Shown here piece after piece: positions 49,626 to 61,400 of a stretch of 64,000 nt of DNA. Positions within the stretch are counted from its first letter, which is position 1; every line of letters begins with the position of its first letter. The stretch covers positions 6,448,001 through 6,512,000 of the forward strand of contig CATNEN010000024.1 of the NCBI GenBank assembly GCA_950097015.1, given 5' to 3'. The notes beneath the pieces are model-generated. The model made no database searches. It saw only the letters and a list, made by a program, of their open reading frames with translations, and was not told the DNA's origin. The stretch is from Macrostomum hystrix. Its lineage: Eukaryota > Animalia > Platyhelminthes. The translations under genes and the position numbers were made by a program.

Positions 49626-51731
49626 ATGCTGCAGTCTCTGGGTCGCAAGCTTTTCCTGGCCAATAGGAAATCAGGCAGCGAGTTGCTGTCCCGCTACTAT
49701 GCCGCAGACCAGGAGCTGGTTCGAGTGGCCCAGCAGATCAAACGCCTTGACGCTGACAAGCAGCAGGATCGCGTGACGGAACTCATTAGCGAACTAAAAG
49801 AGTGCCAGCAGCGGGTCATGAAGGTCATGCTGGAGCTCATGGACGAGCTCATACCAGATAGGCGGCATCCCAAAGACTTTCGCATGAAATTTCCCGACGA
49901 AGTGGTTCAGGAAGGCCTCGAAGGCCAGCTGTGGTACGCGTCCGAGTGCCTAGCTGCCGGCTCCTCCATTCTCTATCGAGAAATCGAAGCGGAGAGCATC
50001 AGGCCCTTGGCTATTCAGGTGAGTAGCCATTGTGGGTCACTGGCTTACACATTTTGTATCCATAAGTTCTGGAATCCCAAAAAAACCCGCTAATCCCTCC
50101 TTATCCCCAGGTGACCCGGGAAGGCGAGAAGACTCGGCGGTTGCTACGCGACGAGGCCAGCCGCAGCTACTACGGCGCCGAGCCTCGGTCGAATCGCCGC
50201 CTGCTGGACCAGCTGGCCGTGTTCGATCGCACCCTGGCCGAGTTTGAGCTCAGCTACGTCAGCGCCATGGTGCAGGTCAAGACATTGACAGAGATGGAGC
50301 AGCTGCAGGAGGTGGCCGTGCTATTCTCTGACACAGCCGCCTGGGCCCTAGCCGGCGGTCACATTCGCCGAGACGACATCGACAGCTGCGAGCCGACGTT
50401 GATGATTGTGCTGCCTAGATTGGCTGTGCTCTACGGCCTCCTTGAATATCCGGACGGGCCGTTGAGCACGAGGGACCGGCCGGCAAGCAAGCTGTGCTCA
50501 CTGTTTCGCGCCTTCCACTCCCACCTGGACAGGGTCCGAGCATTTCTAGGCCGGCTGAAGCAGCCGGAGAGAGATCGCCTAGTTCTAAGACTCTGCCTGG
50601 CTGCGGAGGCTGACGATGGCGCCGCCGATCCCAATGCGGATGTGGACACCGAGTCTGACAGGGTGGCCGGCTTGTTCAAGGTTAGCCTGCCTACATTTGA
50701 TTGGCTGATTAAATGGGTCAGGATTGGTTGTAGGGTGTCAGGATTGGTTGTAGGCTGTCAGGATTGGTTGTAGGCTGTCAGGATTGGTTGTAGGGTGTCC
50801 GGATTGGTTGTAGGGTGTCAGGATTGGTTGTAGGCTGTCAGGATTGGTTGTAGGGTGTCAGGATTGGTTTTAGGGTGTCAGGACTGGTTGTAGGGTGTCA
50901 GGACTGGTTGTAGGCTGTCAGGATTGGTTGTAGGGTGTCAGGACTGGTTGTAGGGTATCAGGATTGGTTGTAGGGTGTCAGGACTGGTGGAAGGGTGTCA
51001 GAGCTAGTTTTAGTTTGTCACAAGGATTTAATTTCAGGTGTATGGTGTACAGATTTTTTGTTTCTGAATTAATTGTAAAGATTAGTTGTAAGATTTCAGA
51101 ATTTATTTTATGGTGACAGAATACTTGTCTAGGGTGTCAGAATACTTGTCTAGGGTGTCAGAATACTTGTCTAGGGTGTCAGAATACTTGTCTAGGGTGT
51201 CAGGTTGGTGTCAGGGCTACAAATTAGTTTGTTACCCTCCCTCCCGGCCAGGTAATAGCTGGTGTGGCGGACCAAATCCAGAGCAACTACGCCTGGGAAC
51301 TGCGCTACCTGCTGCGCTGCGTCTACAAGCTGCACTGCAGCGACGCCGTTGCTGAAGCTGCCGCGTCGGCCGCAGCCTCCGCGTCCACTCTGGCCGTTGA
51401 AGAGGGCCTGGATGCATTCGACTGGCAGGTGACGGACTCTGCTGCCGGCCCTGCCCCGCCAGCAACAGCAGCAGCTTCAGTCGGCGCTGGAGCAGGTGCT
51501 CAAACACCGCCAGCCTGGGCGCCAGACGACTCATCGGATGTGTGCACCAACCGACACTGCGGACTGGCGTTCACAATGACCAGACGGCGGCATCACTGCA
51601 GAGCCTGCGGCGGCCTGTACTGCTCGGCATGCACTCGGGGTCGGAGGCCGCTGCCGCTGTTTGGTTTCGACAATCCGGTCCGCCTCTGCGACTCCTGCTG
51701 TGCCAATGCCGAGGCCCACTCGGCTAGTTAG
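49626..51731 (+). CDS. ZFYVE28: Lateral signaling target protein 2 homolog (LST-2/ZFYVE28), FYVE finger; exons 49626-50018, 50111-50680, 51252-51731 (480 aa)
   Basis: LST-2 motifs DFRMKFPDEV, GQLWYASECLAAGS, FDRTLAEFELSYVSAMV, VLPRLAVLYGL and GVADQIQSNYAWELR. FYVE signature WAPDD...RRRHHCRACG...RLCDSC. Junctions are phase 0. Confidence 0.92.
50715..51200. repeat. 20-bp and 21-bp arrays sharing tagggtgtcag, ZFYVE28 intron 2
   Basis: tagggtgtcaggattggttg (50715-51000) and tagggtgtcagaatacttgtc (51110-51200). Confidence 0.93.
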
Positions 51732-52334
51732 AATCCGCTCCTGAATTGGCTTTCAGTTGGCCTCTAAAATTCTTATTCTTTCTCAATGGGGATTTTGAGT
51801 GCGGGATTCTAATTAGATGACGCAACTCAAACATTATACCTTGGATCTGGGATCAGTTAATCAGATCTTTAAAAAATTGCCTCAATTGTGTGCTGTGTAA
51901 GTGATTAGAGATCTCTATTGTTTGGTTCTTGAACCTTGTACAGGACTATAATTGCCTTCAAAATCCGAATTTCGTACCTATTAATATTTAAAATGTTTTT
52001 TAGGCATGGGGAAAATCAGGCCAGTTCTAAATTATTTAAGAGCTCCAGTTCACGATGACCTGTTTGTATTGTTTTAATTAATAAATTACTACTCACAAAT
52101 TAAGAATTTATGTTGTTAATTTCTGTTTGTTTTTTGCATGCCTTTAAATGATGAGCTCAAATTGAAATTCATATTTCTATCATTCCATTTCCATTGCCCA
52201 TTCTGTTTTGTGCTTAACAAATGATGCTGTCTACAATGGTGGCTAATTCTGGGGAATAGTTGCTCATGTAGGTAGAACCAGTTACAAAGACCCAAAAGTT
52301 GATCAGTCAACTTGTCCGTCCTCGGGTACAAAGA

Positions 52335-52632
52335 CTCGACAGTTAAACAGTTACAAAGTCCAGATAGTTAATCAGTTTCAAAGACCCGACAGTTCAACAG
52401 TTACAAAGACCCGACAGTTGATCAGTTAAAAAGACCCGACAGTTAAATAGCTACAAAGACCCGACAGTTAAATAGCTACTAAGACCAGACAGTTAAATAG
52501 CTACAAAGACCCGACAGTTAAATAGCTACAAAGACCAGACAGTTCAATAGCTACAAATACCCGACAGTTGATCCGTTACAAAGATCTGACAGTTGATCAG
52601 TTACAAAGACCCGACAGTTAAAAAGTTACAAA
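52335..52632. repeat. About 28-bp degenerate tandem repeat
   Basis: Recurrent acaaagacccgacagtt. Confidence 0.88.
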
Positions 52633-53204
52633 GACCATTCACACTGCTTGTTCCACGAAATCTGTACCGTCTGTTTTTGATCTGTTTCTGATTGATGAAA
52701 CATTTGAGATTCGTCACTCCACACAATGCTTACTCACTTGTCAACCCTACCGTAATTAAGTTTTTAAGTGAAGCAAAATATAGAATTCATCATCAAATCG
52801 AGATTCTGCGCCAAAACTATAGATTTGAACACAACGAACAATGCCTAAATAATTGTCATGCTTTGCATTACTTAGTATTCCCTTATTGTTGAATTGCTGC
52901 GTTACTCAGATATGCACAATGCAATCCTGTCTATGTACTTTTAACTGGCCACATCATGCTATTATCTCTGTAATCTGTAAACAATACTGGCAAACGTTAA
53001 AGCAACAAAGATTGATTCTGAAGCAAAACAAAATTGAAATTTGCAACACAATATGTGCCTATCAAATTACTGTTTTTATACTGAAGCAGGTTCAAGCCTA
53101 CACAATCCGTTCTATTGCTTGTTTGTTTGCAAGTGTCTTCTTTTATCTGGGCAATCAATTTCATTGCCTTTTAACACCTCAGAACCTGTCTCAATCCGGA
53201 GCCA

Positions 53205-54120
53205 CTTAAAACACCTCCGTCACTCTGGAACCAAATCTCACACCTCCGTCACTCTGGAACCAAATCTCACACCTCCGTCACTCTGGAATTAAATCTCACA
53301 CCTCGGTCGCTCTGGAACCAAATCTCACACCTCCGTCACTCTAGAACCAAATCTCACACCTCCGTCACTCTGGAACCCAATCTCACACCTTCGTCACTCT
53401 TTAAATAAATCTCACACCTCCGTCACTCTGGAATTAAATCTCGCACCTCCGTCACTCTGGAACCAAATCTCACACCTCCGTCACTCTGGAACCAAATCTC
53501 ACACCTCCGTCACTCTGGAATTAAATCTCACACCTCGGTCGCTCTGGAACCAAATCTCACACCTCCGTCACTCTAGAACCAAATCTCACACCTCCGTAAC
53601 TCTGGAACCAAATCTCACACCTCCGTCACTCTGGAACCCAATCTCACACCTTCGTCACTCTTTAAATAAATCTCACACCTCCGTCACTCTGGAATTAAAT
53701 CTCACACCTCCGTCACTCTGGAACCAAATCTCACACCTCCGTCACTCTGGAACCCAATCTTACACCTTCGTCACTCTTTAAATAAATCTCACACCTCCGT
53801 CACTCTAGAACCAAATCTCACACCTCCGTAACTCTGGAACCAAATCTCACACCTCCGTCACTCTGGAACCAAATCTCACACCTCCGGCACTCTGGAATTA
53901 AATCTCACCTCCGTCACTCTGAAACCAAATCTCACACCTGTCACTCTGGAACCAAATCTCACCTCCGTCACTCTGGAACCAAATCTCACCTCCGTCACTC
54001 TGGAACCAAATCTCACCTCCATCACTCTGGAGCCAAATCTCACACCTCCGTCACTCTGGAACCAAATCTCACACCTCCGTCACTCTGGAACCAAATCTCA
54101 CCTCCGTCACTCTGGAACCG
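53205..54120. repeat. 29-bp minisatellite
   Basis: Unit ctccgtcactctggaaccaaatctcacac. Confidence 0.95.
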
Positions 54121-54789
54121 AATTCAATATTTCCTCGATTAAAAACATTGTCAAAAACAGAATGAATAACAAAGGCCAGGCATTCAATCGTGTAAGAATT
54201 AACAATTAGAATGGCGCCATCGAATGCAATGGTGTTCCACAATGTGCAGGTGCGTATATTTAAGATTTATCACTGAACAGCTTATGCCCACCAATTGCTG
54301 TGTACGGCATCTAGCTAGTGTATAATATTGTAGATGAAAAAGGGTGGAATAATTGGATAGTAAAATAAGCTAGGTAAAATTTACCTTTTCTAAAGAAAAT
54401 AATGGCCCTCTAATGAGCAGGCTGCGGGTTCTGGGTTATGTTACAAAGACGACATTGCAAGCACAAATTCGAACAGACAGCAGCCGGGACAATTCAGAAG
54501 TTGTACACGTAGTGGCGGATCTACTAGGACAATTGGCAAGGCAGAGTTCTAATAATGTGACAGAAAAAATGGTGAACGAACGCACAAAAAACGGCAGGTA
54601 CAGGTGCTGTACCTTCGACAATGCAAAAATAAGGTAAGGCCAATTTATAATTGGACAAAAACAGAAATTAAACAAGGGAACAAAAAATGAGACATCTTGT
54701 GTTTGGAATTTAGTCGCTCCTATATAGAACGCTTGATTGGAAAACTGCAGCCGAGATAGAAAGTCTGGAGAGGTCAGTTGACCTTGGCT

Positions 54790-55190
54790 CAGTTGACTAC
54801 CAGGGGTCATAGTTGACTACCAGGGGTCATAGTTGACTACCAGGGGTCATAGTTGACTACCAGGGGTCATAGTTGACTACCAGGGGTCATAGTTGACTAC
54901 CAGGGGTCATAGTTGACTACCAGGGGTCATAGTTGACTACCAGGGGTCATAGCTGACTACCAGGGGTCATAGTTGACTACCAGGGGTCATAGCTGACTAC
55001 CAGGGGTCATAGTTGACTACCAGGGGTCATAGTTGACTACCAGGGGTCATAGTTGACTACCAGGGGTCATAGTTGACTACCAGGGGTCATAGTTGACTAC
55101 CAGGGGTCATAGTTGACTACCAGGGGTCATAGTTGACTACCAGGGGTCATAGTTGACTACCAGGGGTCATAGTTGACTACCAGAGGTTAT
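54790..55190. repeat. 20-bp near-perfect minisatellite
   Basis: Unit gttgactaccaggggtcata, about 20 copies. Confidence 0.97.
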
Positions 55191-55443
55191 AGCTGACCAC
55201 TAGGGTCATTGCTGACTACAGACTACCAGGGGTTACTTGATCACCAGGGGTCAGTTAGGAATAATTTATTCACAGGGCAGTATGACCAACAGTAATTTAT
55301 TTAAAATCTAATAACATATTGGTCATGGGGGTCAGTGGACCCCACAGTATCACTAAAATATTAGTTTTAGAGAAGTTTGCTTAACAATTAATTCAATTGC
55401 ATCCGGCGAAGTAACCGCAAAAGCTCTTGTATGATGAAGTTAC

Positions 55444-58400
55444 TCAGGCGCTGTCACCGCAGCTTCCGGCGCGCTTGTCCTGCTGCCTCTTAGCGTGAAT
55501 CTTCATGTGCCGGGTGATCATATCTCGCCGGCAGGCAGTGTAGTGACACACCTGGCAACTGTAGGGCTTGTCACCGGTGTGAGTACGCATGTGTGTGCTC
55601 AGGTGGTCAGATCTGTGGGTGGGAAGAGGATGCTTATCCAGCTTACAGAACGTTTTAATAATAGGAATTTCACTATGCCTGAAAATATGCGCACACTAAC
55701 TACTGACATCAGTAGACACGTAAAATATGTTATTTAGTGTTTTGTGTAAAATGCGAAACTTGACAAATTAGAAGAGAATAATGCTACTTAGAAAATCGAA
55801 CTCGTGCAAATTTTTAGGCATTTGGGTAGAAAATTATTAGGGATAGAACGGGAGAGTGCGTTAGGGGTATTAGGGATTAGGGATAGAATGGAAGAGTGCA
55901 GTAGGGGTATTAGGGATTAGGGATAGAATGGGAGAGTGCCGTAGGGGTATTAGGGATTAGGAATAGAATGGGAGAGTGTAGTAGGGGTATTAGGGAATAG
56001 GGATAGAATGGGAGAGTGCGGTAGGGGTATTTGGGAATAGGAATAGAATGGGAGAGTCCAGTAGGGGTATTAGGGATTAGGGATAGAATGGGGAATGGAA
56101 ATGGAATGGAGAGAGCGGTAGGGGTATTAGGGATTAGGGATAGAATGTGAGAGTGTGGTAAGGGTATTAGGGATTAGGGATAGAATGGGAGAGTGCCGTA
56201 GGGTATTAGGGATTAGGGATAGAATGGGAGAGTGCCGTAGGGGTATTAGGGATTAGGGATAGAATAGGAGAGTGCAGTAGGGGTATTAGGGATTAGGGAT
56301 AGAATGGGAGAGTGCGGTAGGGGTATTTGGGAATAGGAATAGAATGGGAGAGTGCAGTAGGGGTATTAGGGATTAGGGATAGAATGGGAGAGTGCAGTAG
56401 GGGTATTAGGGATTAGGGATAGAATGGGAGAGTGCGGTAGGGGTATTAGGGTATAGGAATAGAATGGGAGAGTGCAGTAGGGTATTAGGGATTAGGGATA
56501 GAATGGGAGAGTCCAGTAGGGGTATTAGGGATTAGGGATAGAATGGGAGAGAGCGGTAGGGGTATTAGGGATTAGGGATAGAATGTGAGAGTGTGGTAAG
56601 GGTATTAGGGAATAGGAATAGAATGGAAGAGTGCAGTAGGGGTATTAGGGATTAGGGATAGAATGGGAGAAAGCGGTAGGCGTATTAGGGATTAGGGATA
56701 GAATGGGAGAGTGCGGTAGGGATATTAGGGATAAGGGATAGAATGGGAGAGTGTGGGAGGCACGGGTCTAATTCGCGTCAGGGATTTAGGGAATCAACGG
56801 CTAGTGTAAACCCAGTGAACTCTTCCGCAATTAGTTCGATCGATCTCTGGTTTCGATCGGTAACGTGCGGGCAGAGTCAAAGAGTGCTTTCAGAAACAGG
56901 TCAGGAAAAAAACGATTTCGAAGTTAACTATAGTTGACAACAGTGAAATTAAAATCAACAAGCCTCACAAAAACTCTGCAGCCTAGAACTGTTGCCCATT
57001 CTCTTTATCTGTGCCCCCTCAGCAGAAGCGGAAAGGCGGGGGCGGCTGCCACTTTTTAAGTCTCTTCAAACGCCAGAAAAACCGGTGCGTCATGTGACAC
57101 CGAGGCTGGGGTGGGGGCCTGTCTGGCTGGCTGTCTGTCTGTGGGCGTTGTCCTTAGTTTAGTCATCGCTGCATGGCTCGACCGTCTGGTTTTGAGCTAG
57201 CCCGGTTAATTTAAAAAAATTTGACAATCAGTGAGCCGCATAAATTTATAGCTCAGCTCAGCTGTGCCTAAAGCAACAGACGGAAGAAGAACATAAGTTA
57301 TGGCACCACATCTTAGAGCCGCAGACACAAATTCCACAAGTTTTTCATTATACTTCTGTCTCTTTCTACCTGTTGTCCCAACGAGTATCACTCTGGAACC
57401 ATTTCCCTCTACTATCTCACTCTGGTTAAGGGAGATCATTTTTCCGTCGACTGTGTCAATTTAGAACCATATTCCTCTACACTGCCACTTTGGAACCGTT
57501 TTCTAATCTTTTAAGAACTCTAGAACCGTTTTCTAATATTTCTGTCACCATGGAACCGTTTTCTAATATTTCTGTCACTCTGGAACCGTTTTCTAATATT
57601 TCTGTCACTCTGGAACCGTTTTCTAATATTTCTGTCACTCTGGAACAGTTTTCTAATATTTCTGTCACTCTGGAACAGTTTTCTAATATTTCTGTCACCC
57701 TGGAACCAATTTCTAATATATATGTCACTCTGGAACCGTTTTTCTAATTTTTCTGTCACTCTGGAACCGTTTCCAGGAACAGTTGTCAGGAAATACCAGG
57801 CCAAATCTATTATCATTGCCTAGGCCCAACAGGGGGCAACGAGTGCATTGCCAGTAAGTGGCTTGCCTCCCCCGTCCTTGCCTCGCTCCCCAGTTTAAAC
57901 TTGCGCCTTTTGTATTTGGATGGCGGGGCGGTGCGTCCAAAGCTAATGAGTAAAGAATAGTTTTCGAAAAATAGAATGCGGCCCATTTAGTGATTTGGTT
58001 TAATTAAATAAACCTGCTTTAAATCTTAGTTCACAGGTGTACACTGAGATTGACGAGAGCGCATGTTTAGGCATTGAGGACGTGGCAGGCTTAGACATTG
58101 GAAAATGTCAGTGGGACGACTTAGTAAAGGATCAAACGAAGGAGAAAAGGCATAGGGAGAAAACGGGAGCGGACGAGGGTGAAAGGGGCGGACGAGTGTG
58201 AAGGGCCGGATCAGTGTCAAGGCAGCGGGTGAGTTTGAAGGGGCGGATCAGTGTAACAGGAAAGGACGATGATGAAAGGAACGGATAAGTTAAAGGGCGG
58301 GTGAGTTTGAAGGGGCGGATGAGTGTGAAAGCGGAGGACGATGATGAAAGGAGCGGATAAGTTAAAGGGCGGATGAGTGTGAAGGGGCGGACGAGTGTGA

Positions 58401-61400
58401 AGGGGCGGATGAGTGTGAAGGGGCGGACGTGTGTTGGGGGGTTGGATGAGTGTGAAGGGGCGGACGTGTGTTGGGGGGTTGGATGAGTGTGAAGGGGCGG
58501 ACGAGTGTGAAGGGGCGGATGAGTGTGAAGGGGCGGACGTGTGTTGGGGGGTTGGATGAGTGTGAAGGGGCGGACGTGTGTTGGGGGGTTGGATGAGTGT
58601 GAAGGGAGGACGATGATGAAAGGAGCGGATAAGTTAAAGGGCGGATGAGTGTGATTAGGGCGGATGAGTGTGATTAGGGCGGATGAGTGTGAAAGGGGCG
58701 GATGAGTGTGAAAGGGGCGGATGAGTGTGAAAGGGGCGGATGAGTGTGAAAGGGGCGGATGAGTGTGAAAGGGGCGGATGAGTGTGAATGGGGCGGATGA
58801 GTGTGAAAGGGGATGAGAATGAGGGTGGGAAGCAGTGAACTCTAGCTGAAGCAGGAGAGCACAGCTGGGAAGAACAACAAAATCGCACTGTAGAGGCGGC
58901 AGCCTCGAAGGTTTCAAGAGGCAGCGCGTGACGGCAGGTGGCGGGTGCACTTTTATAATAAATCCCATTGGAGCAGATAATAGAGATCAAATGGGGATTA
59001 GGGTCGGTAGGGAGGACGTGGGTTGAGCAAGTGATTGTTCGAAACAAGAATGCAAGGCTGCGTCTGCAGTTGATTTTTGTTGAGCGGCTAAAACTCATTA
59101 AATTATAAAAAACTGCATGCTCCCTACGGAACTAGCTATCGTTCTGAGTTTGCATGGTATGGGATCTGAGCAAAGAGCGAATTGGGGAAGCTTTAATAGA
59201 GGGGGATGAAAATGCGCTTTTACGGGCCTTACACATTCCACATATTTAATTTAAATTGATGAAAAGTTTCTCAACTCACTGGCAAGTCAGCACAGAGCAT
59301 GTGCAAATTATTGATTTGCTGGTGAGGACAAATGATAAATTTGAAGCTGCAGCATAGAAATAGCAATCTTACGCTAGAATGGCAGTCCAATTTGTGCACA
59401 ATATTTTGACAGGCCAATCGGCTAACTGACCTTAATTCTAATACTATGACTAGATGGCTAAGTTTTGCATCATCAATCAACAACAATGACTAGAATGGAA
59501 CTGTAAAAAATAACTAAAAAAAATGCTGATGAATAGGTGGGTGTATTTAGAGGCTGTTAGAGACAGTTTGTTGCAGGGGGAAATGGTCAGGATAGCAACT
59601 GAAAAACTTATAAAGGCCAATATTAAACTTTTTCAAAAAGATCAGACAGTAGCTAGTAATTCACAGGAGAGAATGGCAGAAAGTCACAGGAGAGAATGGC
59701 AGAAAGTCATAGGAGAGACTGGCAGAAAGTCACAGGAGAGAATGACAGAAAGTCACAGAAGAGAATGGCAGAAAGTCACAGAAGAGAATGGCAGAAAGTC
59801 ACAGGAGAGAATGGCAGAAAGTCACAGGAGAGAATGACGGAAAGCAAATTGTGATAAGGACAAAAATGGGATAGAGGCAGCTGGGAAATCATAGGTGAGG
59901 GTCTGACGGGAAGTGGCTGGGTCAGGCGCATCTAAAGGACACGTGGAACAGCCTTTAGATAGACTAGAAAGGCAGGATTGATAGGCGGTGGGAGAGTTGA
60001 GGGGGCGTGCCGGTAACTCTTTAAGAGTGCATCCGCCCGCTTTTACCCACAGCCGGTCAGATTACAATCCCCTCCGCCTCACCCTGTCCCTCTCTCACGC
60101 GGGCACAGAACACGCCAAGTCGCCAACCCCAAGTTGCAGTTGCTGACGTCAATGCCCCGGTCCAGGCATGCGGGATTAGAGCTAAATTTAGCAACGCGGT
60201 CAGCCACCCCAGGCTAACCCTCCCCCACTGCAGCCGAGGCCCCGCTAACTCAATCTTCCCTTCTCAGCCAGTCCGTGCTGTGAGCATGAGCAGGGGAAAG
60301 AGGGACAGGCGAGGCAAAAGGACAGCTCGAATAGTTGGGGAATATGGAAGGTGAATCAGTTGCGTATTGGACTAGGCGAGGGATAGACAGAAAAGTACAA
60401 TTTTGGGGATTTGTCAGTTCATTTGGGATTTCCTCCAGGGCTGGCTGGGTCTCGTGATCAGCCAAGCTTGCACCGGCTAGCAGCCAGGATGAGAATGAGT
60501 AGCAATTTGCGACTGCTTAACGATTGTGCCAGATACTACGAGCTCGTACTAGCACAAAATGCAAGCCAAGAAACTGTTAACGATACAGCAAGTAGGTTGG
60601 GGGATAGAGGAAAAACGCGTTAATGCTCATACGACTAGTACAACTGACTATTCATTTTTAACCTTCAAAACCTACGGTGGATTATAATCCCCCCCAATTA
60701 GGGAGTTGCATGCCTCAGCAAGGTCGTACCAAGAAAATAGTCACAATTGCGAGCTAGCTTGGCAACAAGCTCACACACTAGCTGTCAGAGATGGATTAAG
60801 TAATTAATTATGGCGATCAGAAGGAAGGGGGAATCAGTCAAGCATAAGTGCAGTGAATATTTAATGCTTCACGTTCGGCTCCAGTTTTTATGCTACCTAG
60901 CACTTTTAGTGAGAGCAAAAATCAATTACCACTCTTACGGAGTATCCCATTTCACCTACGGAATCCATGAATTTCCAACCCCCCGGAACCTCAGATTCTC
61001 GTCAAGGATACTTCTTCCAGATTCTTCCCCCCAGAATATTAGATTCTACCCCCCAGAATATTAGATTCTTCCCCCCCAGAATATCAGATTCTTGCCCCCC
61101 AGAATATCAGATTCCTCCCCCCTGAATATCAGATTCTTCCCCTCCCCACCCCAGAATATCAGATTCTTCCCCCCAGAATATCAGATTCCTCCCCCTGAAT
61201 ATCAGATTCTTCCCCCAGAATACCAGATTCTTCCCCCAGAATATCAGATTCTTCCCCCAGAATATCAGATTCTTCCCCTCCACAGAATATCAGATTCTTC
61301 CCCCAGAATATCAGATTCTTCCCCCCAGAATGTCAGATTCTTCCCCCAGAATATCAGATTCTTCCCCTCCGCAGAGTATCAGATTCTCCCCCCCCCCAGA

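Noticed and set aside
40377-51825. Shared ctaattagatgacg at about 40377 and about 51809
   Set aside because: Only 14 nt with no flanking similarity; insufficient to call an element.
54413-60623. Plus-strand ORFs 54413-54637, 59523-59837 and 60411-60623 as a possible gene antisense to klu
   Set aside because: They look vaguely helical, but I found no homology or phase-consistent splice chain, and one runs into a tandem repeat.
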